Source: Eledone cirrhosa (Eukaryota). From it: a stretch of 64,000 nt of DNA. The notes beneath the pieces are model-generated. The model was not told the origin of the DNA. It saw only the letters and a list, made by a program, of their open reading frames with translations, and did no database searches. Positions 38,271-49,584 of the stretch are shown here, one piece after another. How positions within the stretch are numbered: position 1 is the first letter of the stretch; every line of letters begins with the position of its first letter. The stretch spans positions 98,766,001 to 98,830,000 of the forward strand of contig OZ024744.1 in the NCBI GenBank assembly GCA_964016885.1. The letters are read 5' to 3'. The position numbers were made by a program, and so were the translations under genes.

Positions 38271-38690
38271 AAATATGGTTTTATAAATATAGTTTCCATT
38301 TATTTACTCCAGAAATCTGTTGAGTGCTCTGAATCAGTTATAAACATTTATATTTGTTGAATTTCCAACAAATTAAATGTCCCTTCTACTTATATCTATA
38401 TATATACTAAGTTAAGGTATCATAACATATATAATATAGTTTCTACTTTTGGTACAAGGCCAGCGATTACCCCAGTGCACCACTGGTACTTTATTTTATC
38501 GACCTCGTAAGGATGAAAGGCAAAGTTAACCTCGGCGGATTTGAAATCAGAACGCAAAGGGCCATAAATCTGCTGCAAAGCATGGTGTTTGACACTCTAC
38601 CGATACTGCGAAACCACCACCCTAATTATGTTTCTCAGTAGAAAAACTCAATGGATGTTTGTCCAGAGCATCAATAATTCAAATTAAAAG

Positions 38691-38751
<61 letters not shown>

Positions 38752-38797
38752 AGAGCCACATATCGTTAGAGAAACTCATAGTATTTTGTACATATAT

Positions 38798-39130
38798 GGG
38801 GGCACATGGCTAAATGGTTAGAGCATTGGCCTTGCAATCAAAAGGTTGTGAGTTCAATTCTCAGACCGGGTGATGTGTTGTTTCCTTGAGCAAGACACTT
38901 TATTTCACATTGCTCCAGTTTACTCAGCTGTAGAAATGAGATGATAGGGACTGGGGTCCATATCATTCCACTGCAAAGTGGTCGTGGAGGTGCCACGGCA
39001 AAAAAGCACCCAGCACTCACTGTAAATGAGGTTGGTGTTAGGAAGGGCATCTAGCTGTAGAAATCAAGCCAGAACCAGTTCTCGTCCCACCCTTGCAAGC
39101 AGGGAAAAGTGGACGTAAAATGATGATGAT
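38798..39130 (+). mobile_element. tRNA-derived SINE family B with RTE-derived tail (copies 48939-49290; 14127-14397 truncated; related head triplicated at 57265-57660)
   Basis: A box TGGCTTAGTGG (48948 copy), B box GAGTTCAATTC; internal hairpin atgatagggac/gtccctatcat; tail cccttgcaagcagggaaaagcggacgtaaaatgatgatg shared with the RTE at 22150-22199. Confidence 0.85.
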
Positions 39131-39453
39131 AATATTTAGGAAAAAGTACATACTTTAAGGTGGAAAAGAACTTTTCCACCTTAAAGTATGTACTTCTTCC
39201 TAAATATTATGTTTTATATATATATATATGTACAAAATACTATGAGTTTCTCTAATGATATCTGGCTCTTTCTCTCATATATATATATAACGAAGGAAGT
39301 GTGGTAAGGTACCAGAGTACTCAATACTTAGGGTAGTAGAGTGGGTAATAGAAAAAATTCAAGACCCCGACGACAGAGCTCAAGCCGTTTCGACTGAGTG
39401 GAGAAATAGCCGTCGAAACGGCTTGAACTCTGCCGTCGGGGTCTTGAACTTTT

Positions 39454-39513
<60 letters not shown>

Positions 39514-39539
39514 CTTAAAATTTGAATTATATATATATA

Positions 39540-40767
39540 CTAGCAGTGGTACCCGGCGTTGCACGGGATAAGATATTTTGGAACGCGGGCCGCCAACAGA
39601 CCTAATCGTGGAAAAACTGCATGCTTCGACAATATGTAAAGAAAATAAACCGAATACTCTGATGGTTGGATAATCTTTAAGATTTTCTTGATGAAGCAGG
39701 AAAAATGCAGGTTTTCACCTAATGCGCGCCCTAGGGCATCAAGAAAATGAATTTTTGTATGTGCATAATATACCTTGAAATTTCGAGAAAATCGCCTAAA
39801 AAAAGTCCTAAAAAAACTGAAAAAATAGTTACAATTTCATGGAAATTGGTCTGACGTAACGCCTCAAAATATCCCTAAAAAGCTGAAAAAGCGCAGTTTT
39901 TCACCTAATGCGAGCCCTAGGGGATCAAAAAGTTGAATTTTTTATGTGCATAACACTCCCCGAGTAACTTTTGTTCTCGTAAATGCACGTAAGTAAGCAA
40001 CACTGAAAACTGATGTTATTATAGCGATGTTTTTCTTTACCGGCTTTAATTTTTAGTGTTGTGTGAAATATATAACCTGCAAACCTGATTTTTGAATCGC
40101 AGCAGGATCGACTTTATTTCACTCGCTCCACTAAAAGTTGTATTTTCTTTGCTCACGGTATGAAGAAGAGACTGACTAATACATAGTTACCGGCTTTCAT
40201 TTTTAGTGTTGTGTGAAATATATAACCCCCTTAGCTAAGCTTAGTATTGCCACAACCACGGCTGGCAAAGAAGTAAGGGTCTGGTGGTACGTAAGTAAGC
40301 AACACTGTGGCTTAAAACATGAGGAAGAAGTTGTGTGCACATACCAACTGTTTGGGGAATGAGTGTGAGATTTGTCTTGAGCAAGGGTGGCAGAATAACC
40401 AGAGGCAGCAGACAGCCAGACATACAGAGATATTATAAAGGCGCGTTCTGGACGCAGACAGAATTGTGGAAAGTGACGTAATGCAGACAGCCAGACATAC
40501 AGACAGATATTATAAGGGCGCGACGTTATATGTGTGTATCTATTTAAAAAGGGAAAGACTAAGAATTATAGAGAGAGATCGCTAAATCGCCTAATGCGGT
40601 CCCTAGGGCATTGAAAATTAAAAATTTGTTTTTGCTCAGAACACTCCCTGAAACATAAGTATTAGATGTGTAAAGTTTGAAAATAGACGGTTGGGTGCTT
40701 CTCGAGTTTTAGGGATTCAAACTCACACACACACACAGACAGGCATCCTCAGTTTTATATATATAGA
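39540..40767 (-). mobile_element. Non-autonomous Helitron
   Basis: Minus strand starts TCTATATATATAAAAC and ends with a CCCGTGCAACGCCGGG hairpin + CTAG followed by T; no TSD. Confidence 0.8.
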
Positions 40768-41369
40768 AGATAATCATCATAATTTTTTGTCTATTTTGCA
40801 TGCATGGGTTGTCACATTCAGAGGCTAGACAAGAGGTCATTTGACAATGGCTTGCTCATATATATTATAGAATAAGGCATGATATTTGAAAAGATATTGG
40901 AAAATATGTAATAAATAATTATATAAATATATATATAAATTTGAGTGACTTCTGTCCGTCTGTCACACAATGTGTGTGTGTGTGTGTGTAAATGGAAGAA
41001 AGGGGATGGTGAAAAAACTATAGCAAAGCAGCAGCTTTGCTATAGTTACACACATTTACATTACTCTATATTTACTCTTGTATTTTCTCAGTAGAGGAAT
41101 TATCTTACATAATATCGAACCTATGAGATTTTGATGTTATCTATTTTGAGAGTAATACCTTAATGTAGACATGAGCGGCCAGTTACAGCCGGTGTGAACA
41201 GAAAGAGGTGAGAGAATTCTGGCCGGATATGGCTGGTTTAAATGCTAAAGGGTTAAAGTGTATTTACATGATATATTCCATTAATAAAAATTATCTTTAA
41301 TTCTTATACATATGTCACCAGTGCTTTGAGAAAGCAGCACCAAATATCAGCCCTGGACATATGAATGAA

Positions 41370-41400
<31 letters not shown>

Positions 41401-41825
41401 TTAAAATTAAGGTATTACTCTCACAGTTGGTGGCACAACAGGATACATGCTCCGTTGGATGTGCAATGTCAATGTGCATGAACGACCAAGCATAGATGAG
41501 TTGAGAGAGAAACTGTGTATAAGAGGGATAAGTTGTAGTGTGCGGGAGAGAAGACTGAGATGGTATGGACATGTGATGCGCATGGAGGATGACCGATGGG
41601 TAAAGAAGTGCCAAGAAATCCCAGTGGAAGGAAGACACAGTCGAGGAAGACCACAAAAAAAACATGGGCGGAGGTGGTGAGAGCAGACCTCAGATTGCTG
41701 AAACTCACGGAGGAGATGACGAAGGACTGTGACAAGTGGAGAGATACTGTGCTGAATAGGACCCGTCCAACCCTTGCAAGCATGATCATGATGATGATGA
41801 AAATGAAATAAAATTCTTACAATAC

Positions 41826-41926
41826 CTTTATTTTAAGAGAAAATTCTTCAATATCTGCCAAAGGCTGGACTCTTCCATCTAATAATGAATTTGTCTTTGG
41901 AAATAATTTATCTTCAATACAAGCAC
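41826..41926 (-). CDS. pepM: PEP phosphomutase exon ([33 protein letters not shown])
   Basis: Not in the ORF track; manual translation gives the PepM-diagnostic EDK-x5-NS motif; catatag acceptor, GTATTG donor; 101 nt, phase 1 to 0. Confidence 0.95.
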
Positions 41927-42032
41927 CTATATGACAAAAGTAGAGAACCAACATGTAGATCAGAATGGTATATACATAGAAATACATATTATAAATGGGA
42001 ATGTATTTATAAATTTATAAAGCTGACTGTTA

Positions 42033-44628
42033 GTGACACATTGTTGGTGACACATGACACACAGTTGGTGACACAACATGACACACAGTTGGTGACACAA
42101 CATGACACATAGTTGGTGACACAACATGACACACAGTTGGTGACACAACATGACACACAGTTGGTGACACAACATGACTCACAGTTGGTGACACAACATG
42201 ACACATAGTTGGTGATACAACATGACACACAGTTGGTGACACAACATGACACATAGTTGGTGACACAACATGACACACAGTTGGTGACACAACATGACAC
42301 ACAGTTGGTGACACAACATGACTCACAGTTGGTGACACAACATGACACATAGTTGGTGATACAACATGACACACAGTTGGTGACACAACATGACACTCAG
42401 TTGGTAACACATGACACTCAGTTGGTGACACATGAATCAGTTGGTGACACAAGACACAGTTGGTAACACAATATGACACACAGTTGGTGACACAAGACAC
42501 ACAGTTGGTGACACAAGACACACAGTTGGTGACACAACATGACACTCAGTTGGTAACACAACACCACACAGTTGGTAACACAACATGTCACACAGTTGGT
42601 GACAACACGACACACAGTTGGTGACACAACACGACACTCAGTTTGTAACACAACATGACACACAGTTGGTGACACAACATGACACACAGTTGGTGACACA
42701 ACATGACACTCAGTTGGTAACACATGACACTCAGTTGGTAACACATGACACACAGTTGGTGACACAACATGACACTCAGTTGGTAACACAACAAGACACA
42801 CTGTTGGTAACACAACACGTCACACAGTTGGTGACACAACACGACACTCAGTTGGTAACACAATATGACACTCAGTTGGTGACACAACACCACACAGTTG
42901 GTGATACAATATGACACTCAGTTGGTGACACAACATGACACAGTTGGTGACAACAAGACACATTTGGTAACACAACATGACACACAGTTGGCGACACAAG
43001 ACACACAGTTGGCGACACAAGACACACAGTTGGTGACACAACATGACACTCAGTTGGTGACACAACATGAAACAGTTGGTGATACAACAAGACACAGTTA
43101 GTAACACCACATGTCACACAGTTGGTGACACAACATGACACTCAGTTGGTGACACAAGACAGTTGGTAACACATGACACAGTTGGTGACACAAGACACAC
43201 AGTTGGTGACACAACATGACAGTCAGTTGGTAACACAACATGTCCAACAGTTGGTGACACAACACGACACTCAGTTGGTAACACAATATGACACTCAGTT
43301 GGTGACACAACATGACACTCAGTTGGTGACACAAGACACATTTGGTAACACAACATCACACACAGTTGGTGACACAAGACACACAGTTGGTGACACAACA
43401 TGTCCCAGTTGGTGACACAAGACAGTTAGTAACACCACATGACACACAGTTGGTGACACAACATGACACACAGTTGGTGACACAACATGACACACAGCTG
43501 GTGACACAATACGACAGTCAGTTGGTGACACAACATGACACAGTTGGTGACACAACATAATACAATTGGTGAAACATGACACTCAGTTGGTGACACAACA
43601 TGACACAGTTGGTGACACAACATAATACAATTGGTGACACATGACACTCAGTTGGAAACACATGACACTCAATTGGTGACACAACATGACACTCAGTTGG
43701 TGACACAACATGGCAGTTGGTGACACAACATGGCACAGTTGGTGACACAACATGGCACACAGTTGGTGACAACACGACACTCAGTTGGTGACACAGCAAG
43801 ACACAGTTGGTGACACAACATGACACACAGTTGGTGACACATGACACACAGTTGGTGACACATGACACAGTTGGTGACACATGACACACAGTTGGTGACA
43901 TATGACATGACACTCAGTTGGTAACACATGACACACAGTTGGTGACACATGACACACAGGTGGTGACACATGACACAGTTGGTGACACATGACACTCAGT
44001 TGGTGACACATGGCACTCAGTTGGTAACACATGACACACAGTTGGTGACACATGACACAGTTGGTGACACATGACACTCAGTTGGTGACACATGACACTC
44101 AATTGGTAACACATGACACAGCTGGTGACATAACATGACACAGTTGGTGACACAACATGACACATGGTGACACGACACTCAGTTGGTAACACATGACACT
44201 CAGTTGGTGACACAACATGACACTCAGTTGGTGACACATGACACTCAGTTGGTGACATATGACACACAGTTGGTGACAACATGACACACAGTTGGTGACA
44301 CAACATGACACAGTTGGTGATACAAGACACAGTTGGTAACACATGACACACAGTTGGTGCCACAAGATGACACTCAGTTGGTGACACAACAAGACAGTTG
44401 GTGACACAACATGACACTCAGTTGGTAACAACATGACACTCAGTTGGTGACAGAACATGACACTCAATTGGTGACAGAACATGACACTCAGTTGGTGACA
44501 GAACATGACACTCAATTGGTGACAGAACATGACACTCAATTGGTGACAGAACATGACACTCAGTTGGTGACAGAACATGACACACAGTTGGTGACACAAC
44601 ATGACACTCAGTTGGTGACACATGACAT
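42033..44628. repeat. ~2.6-kb satellite of 18-21-bp variants (cacagttggtgacacaacatga); all overlapping ORFs are artefacts
   Basis: Read directly; more than 120 degenerate units. Confidence 0.95.
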
Positions 44629-45115
44629 GGCATATCAGATTTAGTGTAGATTGGAAGTAAAAATTGTTAGGATAATAACTTAAAATAACTCCAACTAAAA
44701 AAATTGTTATAAAACGATGTTTATCTTTCCCAGAATTTTACTACCACACCACAGCTAAGGCCATCTAATGACACACTTCTTCTTTGCCCTCTTATTCCTG
44801 AGGGTCCTGTCAGAAACGACCGCTTCCAACTGATCCGGCTGGATTACCCAAGCATGACCAGTCAAGCTCATGGATGTTATCCGACCATTTTGCTTGGGGT
44901 CTACCCCTGGGTCTCTTGCCAGTTGGTTTTGCCCGTAAAATCTGTCCAGCTATTCTTTCCTGAGACATTCTAACTACATGTCCATAGTATCGGAGCTGTG
45001 ATCCCTCAATTTTAAGAAGTAACAGCTCTACCTAGAATGACTCTCTGATCTCTGAGACACAAAATTTATCGAGTAACATGACACACAGACAGAAAAGAAA
45101 AAAGGTTCTGTTTAT

Positions 45116-45701
45116 TTATATATATAAAACTGAGGATATCTGTCTGTGTGTGTGTGAGTTTGAATCCCTAAAACTAGAGAACCACCCAACTGACTGTTTT
45201 CAAACTTTACACATGTAATACTTATGTTTCAGGGAGTGTTCTGAGCAAAAAAAAATTTCAAATTTTCAATGCCCTAGGGACCGCATTAGGCGATCTCTCT
45301 CTCTATAATTCTTAGTCTTTCTCTTTTTAGATCGATACATACATATAACATCGTGCCCTTTTAATATCTGTCTGTATGTCTGGCTGTCTCCATTACGTCA
45401 CTTCCTACAATTCGCTCTGCGTCCAGAACGTGCCCTTATAATATCTGTCTGTATGTCTGGCTGTCTGCTGCCTCCGGTTATTCTGCCACCCTTGCACAAG
45501 ACAAATCTCACACTCATTCCCCAAACAGTTGGTAAGTGCACACAACTTCTTCCTCACGTTTTAAGCCACAGTGTTGCTTACTTACGTACCACCAGACCCT
45601 TACTTCTTTGACAGTCATGGTTGTGGCAATGCTAAGCTTAGCTAAGGCGGTTATATATTTCACAATACCTTATCCCGTGCAACGCCGGGTACCAGTGCTA
45701 G
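45116..45701 (+). mobile_element. Internally deleted copy of the same Helitron
   Basis: Reverse complement of about 40230-40765 joined to the same 3' hairpin + CTAG (45698-45701). Confidence 0.8.
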
Positions 45702-45732
45702 TTAAAAATAAAAAAATTTTTGATTTCTTTAC

Positions 45733-45945
45733 CTGCAATACCTCGGTCTTCCAATTTCCTGACGAGTCGTCGTGCATTATTGAAATTACCATAACCAGTG
45801 TCTGCATCTAACAAAATTGGAATATCTGTGGCATCTGACATGTATTCTACAACGTCGAGTACCTGAGTCCATGATGCTTCATTGCTGTCACGCACACCGA
45901 GCTGAGCAGAAATTGAAAGTCCACTACCCCAAATACCTTTGAAAC
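45733..45945 (-). CDS. pepM: PEP phosphomutase exon ([25 protein letters not shown]...[25 protein letters not shown])
   Basis: Inside ORF 45698..45952; carries [14 protein letters not shown] and the Mg-binding DADTG; AG/GT boundaries; 213 nt, phase 1 to 1. Confidence 0.96.
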
Positions 45946-47385
45946 CTATCAAACAGAAGAAGAAAATAATAATAGAAAAGCATAATAAGGTATTAAAGAA
46001 TTCAAAGAAACATTCAGACTATTTCTTGATACTGTTAAATAGTTTAACCCTTTAGCATTTAAACCGGCTATATCCAGCCAGAACTCTCTCATCTTTTTCT
46101 TTTAAAACCAGCTGTAACTGGCCACTCATACTGATGTTAAGGTATTGTTCTCAAAATAAATAACATCAAAATCTCATAGATTCGATATTACGTGAGACAA
46201 TTATGTAAGATAAAGCCTTTACTGTGAAAATACAATAGTGAATATAGAGTAATGTAAATGCTAAAGGGTTAAAGAATTCAAAGAAACATTCAGACTATTT
46301 CTTTCTTGTTACTGCTAAAGTAGTTTAACCCTTTAGCATTTAAACTGGCCGTATCCAGCCAGAATTCTCTCACCTCTTTCTTTTCAAACCGGCTGTAACT
46401 GGCCACTCATACTGATGTTAAGGTATTGTTCTCGGAGTAAATAATATCAAAATCTCATATATTCGATATTATGTAAGATAATTATGTGAGGTAAAGCCTT
46501 TACCATGAAAATACTATAGTAAATATAGAGTAATGCAAATATTAAAGTAGTTTAATATTGGTGTAAGTTGGTGGCATTTGTAAAGCAAGCTGAATTCAAT
46601 TGGATCTGTGAACTTACTTTGTTTTAAAGTTCCTATCATGAGAAATCTTGCATCAACTAAAAGTTTACTATAAGTCCTATAACCTAAGTCTTAACATCCT
46701 GTACCACATGAAACTACATTAGAAAAACATTCTTAAAATGTATTAGAAAAACATTCTTAAAAAGTACAAAACAACAACGCTATGACTGCATCATATTAAG
46801 AATTAAACTATGAGGTTATTTGATCAGCTAGAAATAACAGTCAAATCTCACTCAACCATCTTAGAAAAAGATAGGACATATTGAATAATGTAATCCTGGA
46901 TATACAGCCTATGGCTTGTGTAATTTTTCATAATTATTCTTTTATGGACTTCGTCCAGCCTGCTATCCTTCATTAATACTCGATCCGGCCCATGGAGGCA
47001 AAGAAGTTGCCAACCACTGTTCTAATACTACAAATTTCTACAACCGTTTGTCTACCAGTAAAGATACTGTAAGCATTTGAATTAATAAACCTGGTTTTAG
47101 ATATTTTCTGCTAAATCATTATAGAATATTAATAGTTAACATTAATGTCCAGATTGGCAGTATTGGTAGAGAGTCGGACACCATGCTTTGAAGCATAGAG
47201 TTACCTCCTTGTATAATCTGAGTTCAAATCCCGCCGAGGTTAACCAGTAGAGGATCTGGTGGACTATCCACCGTAGGGACCACAGACTATGGGTGGTTGT
47301 TGTTGTCCATTGGTCATTGGTACGGGGTGTAGGGGACCTACAGGGGGGGGGGGGGGGGGGCGTTGTGGGAGGCCTTAACCGGGGT

Positions 47386-47598
47386 TTATCCATATAGCTT
47401 GAGGAAAGTTCCCGTCCTTAGGTGTCTGCAGGCGCCGAATAAGTCAGCCCTTCTGTTTAATAGCTTGGTTCCGCCATGAAGTATCTCAAGTGTCTCACTA
47501 AGACAGAGGTTGCAAATACCAGACCCGCCTCTGTCTGGGGAAACCTTTCTAACCATGGACCAGACCAGAGAGTGCAGGGTCTTTTCAAGTTTGAGCTT
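47386..47598 (-). pseudogene. 3' end of a further PLE (PLE-2-like clade endonuclease tail)
   Basis: Manual translation KLKLEKTLHSLVWSMVRKVSPDRGGSGICNLCLSETLEILHGGTKLLNRRADLFGACRH...* parallels the PLE-2 C-terminus. Confidence 0.75.
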
Positions 47599-47756
47599 CT
47601 ATATACTGTACCGATTGTGTTATTATTTCTGTTTACTTTTTACATATATATATTTATATATATATATATGTAAAAAGTAAACAGAAATAACAACACAATC
47701 AGTACAGTATATGGAAGGGATATATTAGGTTAATGCTTGATATAGCAGGAAGAGGG

Positions 47757-47792
47757 TTTTAACGTTTCGGACGCTAGTCCTTCATCAGAAGA
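47757..47792 (-). ncRNA. Minimal hammerhead ribozyme motif in a PLE remnant
   Basis: CTGATGA A GGAC TAGC GTCC GAAACGTTA; perfect stem II, palindromic AACGTT stem III, weak stem I. Confidence 0.7.
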
Positions 47793-48351
47793 AAGAACGA
47801 GAAATAAGATAGATTGAGGGGATGGACAGGATGGAATTGGATAAATGTCTTTAGATAAAAATAACAGGTCCATTCATGTTGACATCTCTAAAGTTGTATT
47901 CCTGTCTGTTTGTTAGTTCACGAACTCCTCCTATGGTTTTGGAGATAGACCCCCATAACCATATATATTTTGAAACTATATTGCTCAGGGTACTTGGATA
48001 AGTATATTTCATTTTAATCAAAGGGTTCCCCGGCGGCACAAAACCCCCACTGAAAAATTTTTTCCCTTTGATTTATATGAAATTTAAACAATATGTAAAT
48101 GATGCTTATTCACAAAAGTTTTGAATTGATATTTTGAAAAAAATAATAAGATTTAATAACGTAATTTTTATTTGATATATTACAAAAAATAATGTTTTCC
48201 AATTTTTCATGCATTACATTTTACATTGAGTAATATTGAAATGCAGAGTTTTTCTCCATAAATTATATCACTGATTTAAAATCAATCATCATTTTCTTAC
48301 AAAAAAATATGTGTGAAATGCAGCAAGGCACAGGTAATTCGGCTAGTATAT

Positions 48352-48703
48352 ATAAATAGTTATACTTTGGGAGGGTCATGCTGCCAATAAAAACACACGC
48401 ACCTATTGGTTTTCACTTCAATTTATTACAAATTTATGGTTGATCGGTTGGTTCGATAACTGGATGGTTGTTTATATATTGTCAAAGCTCTTTTGTCACA
48501 CATTGTGACCTCCTCAGTGACTGGGTTTTTATTTTGTGTCTCTGTTTTGTTCTGTCTTACACCATCTTGCATAATAAATTGAAGTGAAAACCAACAGGTG
48601 CGTGTGTTTTTATTGGCAACATGACCCACCCAAAGTATAACAATATCTGTTTCAACACACGTTTTCAGATAAGAAATCTTGCAAAACAAATTCAAAAACG
48701 AAG
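48352..48703. mobile_element. Solo inverted pseudo-LTR remnant of the PLE-3 family
   Basis: tatactttgggagggtcatg... inverted against ...catgacccacccaaagtataac; similar to 49585-49928. Confidence 0.8.
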
Positions 48704-48707
48704 TATA

Positions 48708-48739
<32 letters not shown>

Positions 48740-48876
48740 AATATATCCGTTGATATGCAACTAGTCACATGTTTATTATTATAATAAAACGCCAGATAAA
48801 CATAAACCGTTGAGTACTTGACATCTGTTATGCAAAAGTCGGCAGATTTTAATTCAACCAACTTTCTCTAAATTGA

Positions 48877-48926
<50 letters not shown>

Positions 48927-49493
48927 GTATATATATATGGAGGCACATGGCTTAGTGGTTAGAGCATTGGCCTTGCAATCGAAAGGTTGTGAGTTCAATT
49001 CTCAAACTGGGTGATGTGTTGTTTCCTTGAGCAAGACACTTTATTTCACATTGCTCCAGTTTACTCAGCTGTAGAAATGAGATGATAGGGACTGGGGTCC
49101 CTATCATTCCACTGCAAAGTGGTCGTGGAGGTGCCACAGCAAAAAAGCACCCAGCACTCACTGTAAATGAGGTTGGTGTTAGGAAGGGCATCCAGCTGTA
49201 GAAATCAAGCCAGAATCAGTTCCCGTCCCACCCTTGCAAGCAGGGTAAAGCGGATGTAAAATGAAATGATGATGATGAAATGATGATGATATTAGTATCG
49301 GTGCTCTGAAATAGCGATGTATATATGAATGTATGTATAATATATTTGATAAAATACTGTATGTTTAATTAAAAACATTTTGAAGACCATTCGCTGTGAG
49401 TTTTAAAGTAGTTATAAATAAATATACATATATATATATATTATAAATAAATATATATATATATGGAAGATGGACGTTAAACGATGATGATGA

Positions 49494-49528
<35 letters not shown>

Positions 49529-49584
49529 TATATATATATATCATCATCATTATCGTTTAGCGTCTATCTTCCACATATATATAT

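Larger units (their letters stand above)
32590..38390 (+). mobile_element. Penelope-like element PLE-2 (different clade), decayed, with inverted 5' repeat, interrupted by an RTE LINE
   Basis: Frameshifted ORFs 35128-37111 with SDKT, DIANYYSSI, FDITMGSSDSAQ, YHDD, CNCR, NVVYKC...FKQRWNNH and C..C..E...CRH; long AT-rich 3' UTR with hammerhead. Confidence 0.85.

Noticed and set aside
38798-38870. tRNA gene
   Set aside because: A and B boxes are present but there is no proper acceptor stem, and it continues into a SINE body found in several copies
41960-44644. Cys-rich metallothionein- or keratin-associated-like ORFs
   Set aside because: All frames of one satellite, with frequent frame-breaking unit lengths
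47982-48348. Possible third Helitron ending ...GGCTAGT
   Set aside because: No clear 5' TC end or subterminal hairpin, and only one copy in the window
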